Assembly: GCA_002269645.1 (NCBI GenBank)
Contig: NIVC01002901.1
Span: 62,001-126,000, forward strand
Direction of reading: 5' to 3'
DNA length: 64,000 bases
From: Macrostomum lignano
Taxonomy: Eukaryota
Shown here in pieces: positions 17,568 to 38,410 of this stretch (the stretch's first letter is position 1; the number at the start of each line of letters is the position of its first letter). Position numbers and translations under genes: made by a program. Below the pieces are notes generated by a model. It had not been told where the DNA came from. It made no database searches and worked only from the letters and a program-made list of their open reading frames with translations.

Positions 17568-19607
17568 ATGCCTGAAGTTGCCCACCAGCCGGACAGTTCG
17601 GAGGACGCTGCGGCAGCCGAGAAGGCCACCATGTTGACGCCGATCGGGGAGGAGCAGCCGCAGATCGAGGAGGTCGAGGAGTCGATGCTGCCGCTGCCGC
17701 TGGACCGCGGCTACGCCTGGGTGGTGATGCTGGCCAGCATGTGCAACAACTTCATCATCGACGGCATCGCCAACACCTACTGCGAGCTGCTGGTCGACTT
17801 CATCGAGTATTTCGCAGACGCGCCAAAGTCTTCGCTGTCGCTGATCGGGTCGCTGCTGTGCGGGGTGTACCTCATCTCCGGGCCGGTGGCCGGCGGCCTT
17901 GTCAACAAGTTCGGCTGCCGAGTCACCTGCGTCCTCGGCTCCGTTATCGCCTGCCTGGCCTTCCTGGCCAGCAGCTTCGCCAGGACCGTCACCCAGCTGA
18001 CTCTGCTGTACGGCGTCGCGGGTGGCATCGGACTCGGCCTGATGTACCTGCCGTCCATCGTCATCGTGAACTTCTACTTTCGCAAACGGCGCTCGCTGGC
18101 AGTGGGGCTGGCGGTGTGCGGCACGGGCATCGGCACCATGGTGATGGGCCCGGTGGTGCGCCTGCTGCTGGAGCACTACGGCTGGCAGAACTGCCTCATG
18201 ATCCTCGCCGGTGTCACCCTCAACGGCGCCGTCTTCGGCTGCCTGATGCGCCCCATTGACGTTGCCGAGAAGCCGCCGGTAGCGGACGAAACTGATGGCG
18301 GCGGCGGCGGCGGCGTCACCGAACCGACCGCGGCCCCGACAACCAGAGTCGGCAATGACGCGGCCGGCGGCTCCAAGAACGTCAGCAACCTGGTGCAGAA
18401 GTACATAAAGAACGTAGCACAGGCAGCAGCCCCGTCCAACGGAACAGCCGACACGGAGGCGGAGGACCCGAGGCTGCGGTCGAACAGCGACTCCGGCACG
18501 ATTCGCTTCAAGCGGAACAAAGTCCGGAAGCCGTCCAAGTCGCGGGTGGTCGCGGCGGCAGCAGCCCCCGGCAACTTCATGGGGTCCACGCCGGACATGC
18601 TGCCGGAGATTCGGGTGCGGCCGCGAGGCCAGACCAGCGCCGCGGCCGACTCCGCTGCTGGCGGCGGGGCGGGCCGCCTCATCAGCCGCAGCCGCCTGCA
18701 GGAGGTCCGCCGGCCGCTCAACCAGAAGGACATCTTCCTGGGCAGCTCGATCTTCGACCTGGCCCAGAACGATCCCAGGATGAAGCGGTCGCTGAAGGAC
18801 GTGTCGCAGGCGGACCTGTACCTGTCAATGACCCGCCTGCCCCAGGCGGACCGCGAGTCCGTCGTCGTCAGGTCCGTAGACGGCAGCGCTGAAGTCGTCG
18901 GCGTCTTCGACACCCTGCGCGCCTCGAAGCCGTTCCGCTACGCGCTGTCGCTCATGACGAACTTCAGCCTGCTGAAGGAGCTGAGCTACCTTATCATCTT
19001 CGCCGCCAACATGGTGGGCATGATCGCGTTCTACATCCCCGGCTTCTTCATCAGCGACTTTGCCAAGGAGACCGGCGTCCCCGCCGCGCTGACGCCGACC
19101 CTCATCTCGGCCTACGGCGCCGCCAACACCCTCGCCCGGGTGGCCTTCGGCTTCCTGGCCGGCCAGAAGCACTTCTCCCCGCTGGCCATCAACAACGTCA
19201 CCATCCTCATCACTGGAGTCTGCGTCGCCCTGCTGGTGGTCTGCCACAACTACGTCTCTATGGTGACGGTGTTCGCGCTGTTCGGCTTCTTCTCCGGGCC
19301 GTACATCAGCCTCACCAGCGTCATCCTGTGCCAGCTGATCGGCTTGGAGAATGTCACCAGCGGCTTCGGCCTACTGGTGCTGGCGCGGGGAGTGTCCTCC
19401 AGCTGCGGCCCGCCTATCGGCGGCTGCCTGTACACCGAGGCCTCCGGCTACCTGGTGCCGTTCCTGGTCAGCGGAGCGCTGTTCTGCCTGTGCGGCCTCA
19501 TGCACAGCCTGCTGCACCTGCCCCGCTTCCGCCGGCGCGAGGCTGAAAACACTGAGGACATTGTGCGGAGCCTGCAGAGCCTGGCCAGCTCCCGGGTGCA
19601 GGGCTGA
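17568..19607 (+). CDS. Monocarboxylate transporter (SLC16/MCT family, MFS), intronless, 679 aa
   Basis: PLDRGYAWVVMLAS (the PDGGWGW-type N-terminal MCT motif), GPVAGGLVNKFGCR, GGIGLGLMYLP, YFRKRRSLAVGLA, two blocks of hydrophobic helices separated by a large hydrophilic loop, and GPPIGG near the C-terminus. The first ATG is at 17568; the track's start at 17355 is a TTG. The paralog cannot be assigned. Confidence 0.93.
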   Translation: MPEVAHQPDSSEDAAAAEKATMLTPIGEEQPQIEEVEESMLPLPLDRGYAWVVMLASMCNNFIIDGIANTYCELLVDFIEYFADAPKSSLSLIGSLLCGVYLISGPVAGGLVNKFGCRVTCVLGSVIACLAFLASSFARTVTQLTLLYGVAGGIGLGLMYLPSIVIVNFYFRKRRSLAVGLAVCGTGIGTMVMGPVVRLLLEHYGWQNCLMILAGVTLNGAVFGCLMRPIDVAEKPPVADETDGGGGGGVTEPTAAPTTRVGNDAAGGSKNVSNLVQKYIKNVAQAAAPSNGTADTEAEDPRLRSNSDSGTIRFKRNKVRKPSKSRVVAAAAAPGNFMGSTPDMLPEIRVRPRGQTSAAADSAAGGGAGRLISRSRLQEVRRPLNQKDIFLGSSIFDLAQNDPRMKRSLKDVSQADLYLSMTRLPQADRESVVVRSVDGSAEVVGVFDTLRASKPFRYALSLMTNFSLLKELSYLIIFAANMVGMIAFYIPGFFISDFAKETGVPAALTPTLISAYGAANTLARVAFGFLAGQKHFSPLAINNVTILITGVCVALLVVCHNYVSMVTVFALFGFFSGPYISLTSVILCQLIGLENVTSGFGLLVLARGVSSSCGPPIGGCLYTEASGYLVPFLVSGALFCLCGLMHSLLHLPRFRRREAENTEDIVRSLQSLASSRVQG

Positions 19608-19608
19608 A

Positions 19609-20228
19609 TGACTGACTGACTGACTGACTGACTGACTGACTGACTGACTGACTGACTGACTGACTGACTGACTGACTGACTGACTGACTGACTGACTGAC
19701 TGACTGACTGACTGACTGACTGACTGACTGACTGACTGACTGACTGACTGACTGACTGACTGACTGACTGACTGACTGACTGACTGACTGACTGACTGAC
19801 TGACTGACTGACTGACTGACTGACTGACTGACTGACTGACTGACTGACTGACTGACTGACTGACTGACTGACTGACTGACTGACTGACTGACTGACTGAC
19901 TGACTGACTGACTGACTGACTGACTGACTGACTGACTGACTGACTGACTGACTGACTGACTGACTGACTGACTGACTGACTGACTGACTGACTGACTGAC
20001 TGACTGACTGACTGACTGACTGACTGACTGACTGACTGACTGACTGACTGACTGACTGACTGACTGACTGACTGACTGACTGACTGACTGACTGACTGAC
20101 TGACTGACTGACTGACTGACTGACTGACTGACTGACTGACTGACTGACTGACTGACTGACTGACTGACTGACTGACTGACTGACTGACTGACTGACTGAC
20201 TGACTGACTGACTGACTGACTGACTGAC
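19609..20228 (+). repeat. (TGAC)n tetranucleotide microsatellite, about 155 perfect copies
   Basis: Starts 1 nt after the MCT stop codon. Confidence 0.98.
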
Positions 20229-20820
20229 TAGACCCAGCCTCTCAAATCTTCACCGATCCCCTGGTGATGGTAGTTGCAGCTTACATAATCATTAAATACA
20301 CCGGTAGAGATAAACCACTATGCTAGCAGTCGTTGGCTTTTGTTGGTTATTTTTCAATTTCGCGCGAACTTAGCTACTGCAAGTAGGCAATTAGCGAATA
20401 TGTGAAGAAGGTTTAACTCGCCAACTTCCTGCTCTATCGGTCCCAGAGTTGAAGAGCGACTATAGAATTTGCGACACTTGAATGTGAGTTTTAGCGTCAA
20501 AGCAGAAGCTTGGCTGGCAGCAAAAAAGGCACATCAAAATCTGCTTCCATTTCGGCTCACCTGAGCCACAACACGCCGTCTCCGCAAGCACGGCGTGCGG
20601 TGAGGCTGGGGTGGCGGCCATTGGCTGTAGAGCGGCTGGGAGAGGCCCGGGGCAGCACGAACGCCCACCCCACCCTCCTCACCATTTTTATCGCCCGACT
20701 GCCCGCATCCCCCGCAGTTGTTGCAATTTCCTGTTCAGTCAGGTCTCAGAGTTGCCGGGCCCAGAAATTTTTACAGAAAAGCTTTCAAGAGTGTCAAGAG
20801 AATTGCGGCTGAGAGGAGCA

Positions 20821-26678
<5,858 letters not shown>

Positions 26679-26835
26679 CAGCTCATTAATTATGCTAATT
26701 AGCTGGAACCTGATATTAAATATGATAATTGCTGTAGCTACCGTAGCAATCCTTATGATTTATGATCTCATGAAACAATTTCGAAATATGATTTTGTCAC
26801 CCATCAGCTGTTGCCTCGGCACAATTTGTGAGCCC

Positions 26836-27419
26836 CGTAATATCCCGTAACTGAATATCCCGTGACAGAATATCCCGTGACAGAATATCCCGTGACAGAA
26901 TATCCCGCGACAGAATATCCCGTGACTGAATAACCCGTGACAAAATACCCCGTGACAGAATATCCCGTGACAGAATATCCCGTGACAGAGTATCCCGTGA
27001 CAGAATATCCCGTGACAGAGTATCCCGCGACAGAACATCCCGTGACAGAATATCCCGTAACAGAATATCCCGTGACAGAATATCCCGTGACAGAGTATCC
27101 CGTGACAGAACATCCCGTGACAAAATACCCCGTGACAGAATATCCCGTGACAGAATATCCCGTGACAGAGTATCCCGTGACAAAATACCCCGTGACAGAA
27201 TATCCCGTGACTGAATAACCCGTGACAAAATACCCCGTGACAGAATATCCCGTGACAGAATATCCCGTGACAGAGTATCCCGTGACAGAATATCCCGTGA
27301 CAGAGTATCCCGCGACAGAACATCCCGTGACAGAATATCCCGTAACAGAATATCCCGTGACAGAATATCCCGTGACAGAGTATCCCGTGACAGAACATCC
27401 CGTGACAGAGTATCCCGTG
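26836..27419 (+). repeat. 15-bp minisatellite (ATATCCCGTGACAGA)
   Basis: About 38 copies; explains the EYPVT/GYSVT/FCHGI ORFs. Confidence 0.96.
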
Positions 27420-27835
27420 CTTACAAACTCAATGTTCATTCCAGAGGTCTGTATGTCTGTACACTGTCACCTATTAGCCTACCAGATGTAATGACAAAGA
27501 CTTTATCGCTATCTAGTAAATCAAGACTTTGCTACCATCTCTATGGCACCCGTGCCAATCAATATTCTTCTGATGTAAAATGTGTACATAACATACTCTG
27601 AAGCAGTGCATGGACTTTCTGTTCCTGCCTGTGAAAAAGCAATTAAACACACAGGGCTGCTCTTTTGGAGTTGATTCAGCAGCCCGCGAGTGAGACCAGA
27701 TTCTCGGCAGTTTTATCTTTTGAAACACTGCTTAGCGAACTTTGCGAAATTTACATCTTTCTTTTGAACTTTGGCGTACTGGGCTGTCTCCCAATGTCAC
27801 TCCTCTGATCTAGCTACCAGAAAATTGTCACTTTA

Positions 27836-28480
27836 AACTACCAAAATAATGTCACTCCGATCAACCAGAATAATGTCACTCTGATCTATCAGAATAATGT
27901 CACTCTGATCTACCAGAATAATGTCACTCCGATCAAACAGAATAATGTCACTCCGATCAAACAGAATAATGTCATTCCTATCAAACAGAACAATTTCACT
28001 CCGATCAAACAGAAAAATGTCACTCCGATCAAACAGAACAATGTCACTCCTATCAAACAGAACAATGTCACTCCGATCAAACAGAACAATGTCACTCCGA
28101 TCAAACAGAACAATGTCACTCCTATCAAACAGAACAATGTCACTCCGATCAAACAGAACAATGTCACTCCGATCAAACAGAACAATGTCACTCCTATCAA
28201 ACAGAATAATGTCACTCCGATCAAACAGAACAATGTCACTACGATCAAACAGAACAATGTCACTCCTATCAAACAGAACAATGTCACTCCTATCAAACAG
28301 AATAATGTCACTCCGATCAAACAGAACAATGTCACTCCTATCAAACAGAACAATGTCACTCCTATCAAACAGAACAATGTCACTCCGATCAAACAGAACA
28401 ATGTCACTCCTATCAAACAGAACAATGTCACTCCTATCAAACAGAATAATGTCACTCCGATCAAACAGAACAATGTCACT
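27836..28480 (+). repeat. 24-bp minisatellite (AATGTCACTCCGATCAAACAGAAC)
   Basis: About 26 copies. Confidence 0.96.
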
Positions 28481-29079
28481 ACGGGCTCGCGTCATAAAAG
28501 CTACACAAGGCCAAGCAAAGGTTTCAGTAATGTTGCGAAATGAAATGACTTCTTTAACAGCAAGCATCTGGGGGCCATAAAAGCGGGCAGTTGGTAAGCA
28601 GAAGTTGATACGGGTCGGGAAGGGCAGGGGGCTGTAGTGCTGCAGCCAGACAAGCCGCAATCTTGTCCGAACTTCAAGGACATCAAAGCCGCCCTGCAGT
28701 GCCCTTGAAAGTGGTGTCTGCCTCTCTGCCTTTGATTTATAACCCGGCTTGTTGCTGATCTGGGACTCTGATCCCCGAGGCGGGCAATTGTGGCCCCCTC
28801 GCTTGTCAAACTTCAGTCAAAGCTGCCCACCCCAACCCAAACATTCGGGGGGCAGGTCGCACTTCAGGAATCTGAATAATCCAAACAGAACTGAAGCAAA
28901 CTGTTTACTATGCTATGGGACCGGGACACCAGGCCAGGGAGTTCTCGAACCAGATTTCTGGAGTGGAAATTGAACTGCGCGGGCTTCGGTCTGCGATAGG
29001 GAGATTGTGCATTTGTTCCGAGAGGGGGCACAGCAGTCCTGAGGTTAACGAGGGGACAGCGCCTTGGCTTTGCCCCGAG

Positions 29080-30716
29080 GGATCTGGGATCTAGGATCTG
29101 GGATCTAGGATCTGGGATCTAGGATCTGGGATCTAGGATCTGGGATCTAGGATCTGGGATCTAGGATCTGGGATCTGGGATCTAGGATCTAGGATCTGGG
29201 ATCTAGGATCTGGGATCTAGGATCTGGGATCTAGGATCTGGGATCTAGGATCTGGGATCTAGGATCTGGGATCTAGGATCTGGGATCTAGGATCTGGGAT
29301 CTAGGATCTGGGATCTAGGATCTGGGATCTAGGATCTGGGATCTGGATCTAGGATCTAGGATCTGGGATCTAGGATCTGGGATCTAGGATCTGGGATCTA
29401 GGATCTGGGATCTAGGATCTGGGATCTAGGATCTGGGATCTAGGATCTGGGATCTAGGATCTGGGATCTAGGATCTGGGATCTAGGATCTGGGATCTAGG
29501 ATCTGGGATCTAGGATCTGGGATCTAGGATCTGGGATCTAGGATCTGGGATCTAGGATCTGGGATCTAGGATCTGGGATCTAGGATCTGGGATCTAGGAT
29601 CTGGGATCTAGGATCTGGGATCTAGGATCTGGGATCTAGGATCTGGGATCTAGGATCTGGGATCTAGGATCTGGGATCTAGGATCTGGGATCTAGGATCT
29701 GGGATCTAGGATCTGGGATCTAGGATCTGGGATCTAGGATCTGGGATCTAGGATCTGGGATCTAGGATCTGGGATCTAGGATCTGGGATCTAGGATCTGG
29801 GATCTAGGATCTGGGATCTAGGATCTGGGATCTAGGATCTGGGATCTAGGATCTGGGATCTAGGATCTGGGATCTAGGATCTGGGATCTAGGATCTGGGA
29901 TCTAGGATCTGGGATCTAGGATCTGGGATCTAGGATCTGGGATCTAGGATCTGGGATCTAGGATCTGGGATCTAGGATCTGGGATCTAGGATCTGGGATC
30001 TAGGATCTGGGATCTAGGATCTGGGATCTAGGATCTGGGATCTAGGATCTGGGATCTAGGATCTGGGATCTAGGATCTGGGATCTAGGATCTGGGATCTA
30101 GGATCTGGGATCTAGGATCTGGGATCTAGGATCTGGGATCTAGGATCTGGGATCTAGGATCTGGGATCTAGGATCTGGGATCTAGGATCTGGGATCTAGG
30201 ATCTGGGATCTAGGATCTGGGATCTAGGATCTGGGATCTAGGATCTGGGATCTAGGATCTGGGATCTAGGATCTGGGATCTAGGATCTGGGATCTAGGAT
30301 CTGGGATCTAGGATCTGGGATCTAGGATCTGGGATCTAGGATCTGGGATCTAGGATCTGGGATCTAGGATCTGGGATCTAGGATCTGGATCTGGATCTAG
30401 GATCTGGGATCTAGGATCTGGGATCTAGGATCTGGGATCTAGGATCTGGGATCTAGGATCTGGGATCTAGGATCTGGGATCTAGGATCTGGGATCTAGGA
30501 TCTGGGATCTAGGATCTGGGATCTAGGATCTGGGATCTAGGATCTGGGATCTAGGATCTGGGATCTAGGATCTGGGATCTAGGATCTGGGATCTAGGATC
30601 TGGGATCTAGGATCTGGGATCTAGGATCTGGGATCTAGGATCTGGGATCTAGGATCTGGGATCTAGGATCTGGGATCTAGGATCTGGGATCTAGGATCTA
30701 GGATCTAGGATCTGGG
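29080..30716 (+). repeat. 14-bp satellite GGATCTAGGATCTG (dimer of the heptamer GGATCTR), about 1.6 kb
   Basis: Near-perfect array; the longest homogeneous repeat in the window. Confidence 0.98.
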
Positions 30717-31397
30717 ACGCATAGTTCTCCTGTTCATCCCAAATGAATCCAGCGATTTCACCGCGGCTTCCCCAGACTGAAACTGCAGTCAAAAACTTGG
30801 CGCACGGGAGGCCCGTCTAATTAAAATGAATTATTAGCAGGAATAATGAATGCGGAAGCGCCTTGGCTTTGCCCAACACCAACAAGGCCCCATCGGCCCC
30901 ACCCCTCTCGGCCGGGGATCCGCGGCCCGAGAAACTGCCAATTAAAACTAATTGGGTCACTCAGCCGGCTGAATTCGCGAAATCCCGGGACCCAAGGCGA
31001 GCGCCCGGTAGGCCCAACTAAACATCAGCGAGTAGAGGCAGCCGAGCACTTGAGCTCAAAGAATATATTATGAGTTATGATTGCACGCGGACAGGGGACC
31101 CCGCCTTGGCTGAAGTGGCCACTCAGGCCTGAGTCAGGCTGGGCCGCCTCCTGGAAACAATGGGAGGCTCAGCTCCTCATCTCAGTGGCAAGAATTTCTC
31201 TCCTCCTCCCGACTCTCCCAGCATTCAATTAATTAATAAGCGGACCGTTCGCTCAGCCAGGGGGTCCTCAAAGCTTTTTTGAGACAATGGGGAAGAGATT
31301 CAGGAGGCAAAGTTCTCTGGGATTCTTTGGGATCGTTTGTTGGAGACGGCGGCTCTGGAGCTGGGAAGCGGAATCAGCCGAGCTGTTTGGTACAGCT

Positions 31398-32188
31398 GGG
31401 AGCTGGGAGATGGGAGAGGGGAGAGGGGAGATGGGAGAGGGGAGAGGGGAGATGGGAGAGGGGAGATGGGAGAGGGGAGCTGGGAGATGGGAGATGGGAG
31501 ATGGGAGAGGGGAGATGGAAGAGGGGAGATGGGAGAGGGGAGATGGGAACTGGGAGATGGGAGCTCGGAGATGGGAGATGGGAGATGGGAGATGGGAGCT
31601 CGGAGATGGGAGATGGGAGCTGGGAGATGGGAGATGGGAGCTGGGAGATGGGGGCTCGGAGATGGGAGATGGGAGATAGGGGCTCGGAGATGGGAGATGG
31701 GAGATGGGAGCTCGGAGATGGGAGATGGGAGATGGGAGATGGGAGAAGGGAGCTGGGAGATGGGAGCTGGGAGATGGGAGATGGGAGATGGGAGATGGGG
31801 GCTCGGAGATGGGAGATGGGAGATGGGGGCTCGGAGATGGTAGATGGGAGCTGGGAGATGGGAGATGGGAGATGGGAGCTGGGAGATGGGAGATGGGAGA
31901 TGGGGGATGGGAGATGGGAGCTGGGAGATGGGAGCTGGGAGATGGGAGATGGGAGATGGGAGATGGGAGCTGGGAGATTGGAGATGGGGGATCGGAGATG
32001 GGAGATGGGAGACGGGAGCTGGGAGATGGGAGATGGGAGCTGGGAGATTGGAGATGGGGGATCGGAGATGGGAGATGGGAGACGGGAGCTGGGAGATGGG
32101 AGATGGGAGCTGGGAGATTGGAGATGGGGGATCGGAGATGGGAGATGGGAGATGGGAGATGGGAGATGGGAGCTGGGAGCTGGGAGAT
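31398..32188 (+). repeat. (GGGAGAT/GGGAGCT)n heptamer array
   Basis: More than 100 heptamer units with variants. Confidence 0.96.
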
Positions 32189-33044
32189 AGGAGAAGGGAG
32201 CAGCAATGGCTGCTCAAGCCGGTGCTCGAAGAGGTTGATGAGGTGCAGGGCAGCTGGGGGTGGGGCTGAGTTCGAGGCGGGATTTGCTACACCGGTTGTA
32301 GCAAAAGCAGCAACAGAGCTGCTTTCCGGGAAATTGCTTGCTCAATCACGCAAATGACGCTGAGGAGGGGCCGAATGCGAATTAAGAAATCACGGCAAAA
32401 TTTGGACTCAAGGCGCAGCCGCCAATGAAAGAGTTCAGCACAAAAGGAAAATATTTTTAATTGAAGTGCACCGAGAGGGAATCAGCTGGTTTCCGGGCGG
32501 AATTCAAGTGCCAATCTCCCCTCCCAAATCCGATTGATGCTGCGCGGGCTGGGGATGGCGAAGATCTGGGGCTGGCTGGCAGGCAGGCAATTTGCATAAT
32601 TGGAAGGAGATGGCAGCGGCGGGCCGGGGGAGGCCGGGTGTTTGCACACGCGGAGCTGCCAAAATGCGATCCTAATTATAATGGGGAAATTTTCCCTGAT
32701 TGCATCGCTGCACAATGGGGCCCCGAGCTGCTGCTGACTCAGCAGTTGTTCCGGATAATTAACCTGGGCATTGATTATTTCGGCTACTGTGGGAGATTAG
32801 GAATCGAATCTCTGGGAAATTCATCAGGCTGATTGATTGGCCGGGTTGGCTGGCTTTTCTGGGCGCGATTTATAACAAAATTGCAGTTTTTCCTTTTAGC
32901 TGCTGCGATTGCGAAAGCAGACAAATCCAGATTTCTGAGCTGGATGGAGTCGAAAATCATGCTCAAGAACAGGAGAGGAGAGAAGAAGAGAGGAGAGAAG
33001 ATGAGATGAGAGAATAGAGGACAGGTGAGGTGAGGAAAGGAGAG

Positions 33045-33600
33045 GAGAGCAGAGCAGAGCAAAGCAGAGCAAAGCAGAGCAAAGCAGAGCAAAGCAGAGC
33101 AAAGCAGAGCAAAGCAGAGCAAAGCAGAGCAAAGCAGAGCAAAGCAGAGCAAAGCAGAGCAAAGCAGAGCAAAGCAGAGCAAAGCAGAGCAAAGCAGAGC
33201 AAAGCAGAGCAAAGCAGAGCAAAGCAGAGCAAAGCAGAGCAAAGCAGAGCAAAGCAGAGCAAAGCAGAGCAAAGCAGAGCAAAGCAGAGCAAAGCAGAGC
33301 AAAGCAGAGCAAAGCAGAGCAAAGCAGAGCAAAGCAGAGCAAAGCAGAGCAAAGCAGAGCAAAGCAGAGCAAAGCAGAGCAAAGCAGAGCAAAGCAGAGC
33401 AAAGCAGAGCAAAGCAGAGCAAAGCAGAGCAAAGCAGAGCAAAGCAGAGCAGAGCAGAGCAGAGCAGAGCAGAGCAGAGCAGAGCAGAGCAGAGCAGAGC
33501 AGAGCAGAGCAGAGCAGAGCAGAGCAGAGCAGAGCAGAGCAGAGCAGAGCAGAGCAGAGCAGAGCAGAGCAGAAGCAGAGCAGAGCAGAGCAGAGCAGAG
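33045..33600 (+). repeat. (AGAGCAAAGC)n switching to (AGAGC)n pentamer array
   Basis: Directly visible. Confidence 0.97.
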
Positions 33601-34074
33601 CAGGTCAGCTGACCTATCAGGTGGAAAACTGGGAAGCTGAAAACTTCCAGGCGGTTTGCCGGCCGTCTCGCAAGCGGAGATTCCGAGATGAGGGAGGAAA
33701 GCCGGCAGAGCGGAGCGGCAAGGCTGCAGCAAGGCCGGCAAGCGCCTGCCTCATCAATTAGTAAAGCGAGGCTGTTTTCCCCCAGCACGCGGGACAAATT
33801 CTTCACCTCATTAATAATTAAGCAGAAGCCCCCCGCTTTTTTAAAAAACTTGTAAGCGCACGAACTGGGGCAGCAGCTGCTTTTTTCGCGTCCCCCCGTT
33901 AAAAAAACTCTGCGGGATAATTCTCCCCAAACGGCCTTTGCCGATAATCCGCGCGCCTGACATCCCGCATTGTCTGGCTCGTCTCTGGGAGAACAAAATT
34001 GCAGGCAGCTAGCTAGTTTGCCTGGCTTGGGCAATTTTACTAATGAATTTCTCTAACCTCAGGTGCTGCCGGCT

Positions 34075-34450
34075 TCAAGCGACTGCAGCTCGTGCTAGTG
34101 CTGAGGCTAAGGCTGAGGCTAGTGCTGAGACTAAGGCTGAGGCTAGTACTGAAGGTAATGCTGAGGCTAGTGCTGAGGCTAAGGCTGAGGCTAGTGCTGA
34201 GGATAATGCTGAGGCTAAGGCTGAGGCTAAGACTGAGGCTAGTGCTGAGGCTAAGGCTGAGGCTAGTGCTGAGGCTAAAGCTGAGGCTAGTGCTGAGGAT
34301 AATGCTGAGGCTAAGGCTGAGGCTAAGGCTGAGGCTAGTGCTGAGGCTAATGCTGAGGCTAGTGCTGAGGCTAATGCTGAGGCTAAAGTCAAGACTAAGG
34401 CCGAGGCTAAAGCCAAGGCTAATGCTGAGGCTAAGGCGAAGGCTAATGAC
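34075..34450 (+). repeat. Hexamer-based repeat (GCTGAG/GCTAAG/GCTAGT)
   Basis: Degenerate 6-bp units. One frame reads AEAKAEAS; coding status is unresolved. Confidence 0.85.
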
Positions 34451-35139
34451 AGCTAATGCTGAAACTAATTCATAAGCTATTGTTGATGCCAATGCGAAAG
34501 CCAGTGCGAAGGTTAATGCATAGAAATCAACTTTCTAAGAAATCTCAGTTCAATACCGCGCGAAAACTCAACACGCGGCCCCCCGCTGGTTTACATAAAT
34601 ATTTCAGCTCCGGCAGGCGGCAGGCATACAGCATCTGGTGAAATTCATTGAGAAATTAATTCCTGCATAATTAATGCGGGCAGCTCAGCATCCGACATCA
34701 GCTATTATCGTTGGCCAGCCCTGATTCGGCCAGCTCAGGCTGGCACTGACCTGTCACTCAAATCCAATCCTTTTCAATTGCACAAGGAGTGACTGATCGA
34801 GTAATTGAATTCCGCGAGCCACAGCGGGGTAGCAGAGCCGGGCAGAGGGCTCAAGAAGAGCCGCAGACAGATGGACACAGAAGACACCTTCAAGGACAAG
34901 ACAAAATGCAGAATGATGCAGGCAAAGGGTAAGGTGCAGACACACGGGTCAACTAACGCGGAAAGACAAGGCACAAACACCACAGGAAGACACACGACAG
35001 ACACAGGCACAAGCCTAAAGACACAGACCCTAAACACATGGCAGACACAGGCCCAAGTCTAGCGGAATGGGAGACCCTCGCCTCCCCGCTGTATCTACGG
35101 ACCACCCTGCAGCCAAGTCAGACCCAAGCCTAAAGACAA

Positions 35140-35555
35140 ATGGCAGACACAGGCCCTGACACATGTCAGACACAGGCCCAAGCCTAAGGACACATGACAG
35201 ACACAGGCCCAAGCCTAAGGACACATGGCAGACACAGGCCCAAGCCTAAGGACACATGACAGACACAGGCCCAAGCCTAAGGACACATGGCAGACACAGA
35301 CGCAAGCCTAAGGACACATGACAGACACAGGCCCAAGCCTAAGGACACATGACAGACACAGGCCCAAGCCTAAGGACACATGGCAGACACAGACGCAAGC
35401 CTAAGGACACATGACAGACACAGGCCCAAGCCTAAGGACACATGGCAGACACAGACGCAAGCCTAAGGACACATGACAGACACAGGCCCAAGCCTAAGGA
35501 CACATGACAGACACAGGCCCAAGCCTAAGGACACATGGCAGGCACAGGCCCAAGA
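35140..35555 (+). repeat. 31-bp minisatellite (GACACAGGCCCAAGCCTAAGGACACATGRCA)
   Basis: About 13 copies. Confidence 0.93.
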
Positions 35556-36337
35556 CAAGGCACATTAATGACAGACAAGGACAGCTTCAATACTGGTACA
35601 GAGATCTCATGACAAGGAGGCCAGACAGGCAGTCCCAAAGCCGCAACCAGAAGCAACCCTGGCTGCTAAAGCAGATGTAAAATCGATCTCCAACTCACAA
35701 AGGCGCGGTTGTGTCAGATTACCCCCAACATGGCTACACTGCCAAGCACAAGCCCCAACTTTACTATTGTTTTCAATTACAATGCCAGCCACCCACAAAG
35801 GATATTTAGCTGGCTGTGAAACAGGAGGATTCAGTCAGTCAGGGCAGTTCAATGGCCTTCGCTTGGCGCACAAAGACTGGCTGCGATCTCAGCAGCTCTC
35901 GGGTTGCACGGCGGGCAGGCAGAATTTCCCACAGAGACTTGAGTCTCCAATTCCAGATGTGCTTGACGCACTACTGACAAAGCTGTTCTCAGTAGCAGTG
36001 CGCGCGCGAGACAAATAAATTGACAGCGACAGCAAAAAAGTTTTGTTTGTTTATTTTATCATTAAACACGAACTGACAACAGAAATCGACCATTGATTTG
36101 CACTGATCCAAGCTGATCAAGTTTATTATTATTTTACAAGCAAAACACGCTAAATGGGGCATTTCGGGATGAAGCATTGCAAAAAAATATAACAGCAATT
36201 AGCAGCAATACACGCTCGTAGCATGTACAAGTGCTTAAAAAACATTCGACACTTTCCCCTGAGCACTCCGCGATCTAGCAGGTCACCCACCCAGCAGTTC
36301 ATTCCTATATCCGCCCAGCATTCACTCCGCCATCCAT

Positions 36338-36597
36338 CCAGCTAGCAGGTCACTCTTATACCCGCCCAGCTAGCAGGTCACTCTTATACCCGCCCAGCTA
36401 GCAGGTCACTCTTATACCCGCCCAGCTAGCAGGTCACTCTTATACCCGCCCAGCTAGCAGGTCACTCTTATACCCGCCCAGCTAGCAGGTCACTCTTATA
36501 CCCGCCCAGCTAGCAGGTCACTCTTATACCCGCCCAGCTAGCAGGTCACTCTTATACCCGCCCAGCTAGCAGGTCACTCTTATACCCGCCCAGCAGG

Positions 36598-36605
<8 letters not shown>
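36338..36605 (-). repeat. 28-bp minisatellite at the MCRS1 stop / 3' UTR (+ strand unit CCCGCCCAGCTAGCAGGTCACTCTTATA)
   Basis: About 9 copies. The unit contains the GAG TGA CCTGCT stop context of MCRS1. Confidence 0.95.

Positions 36606-38410
<1,805 letters not shown>

Noticed and set aside
26836-28480. CRISPR-like arrays among the 24-33-bp repeats (also 35140-35555, 36338-36605, 61738-61850)
   Set aside because: The units are head-to-tail with no unique spacers, there are no cas genes, and the DNA is eukaryotic.
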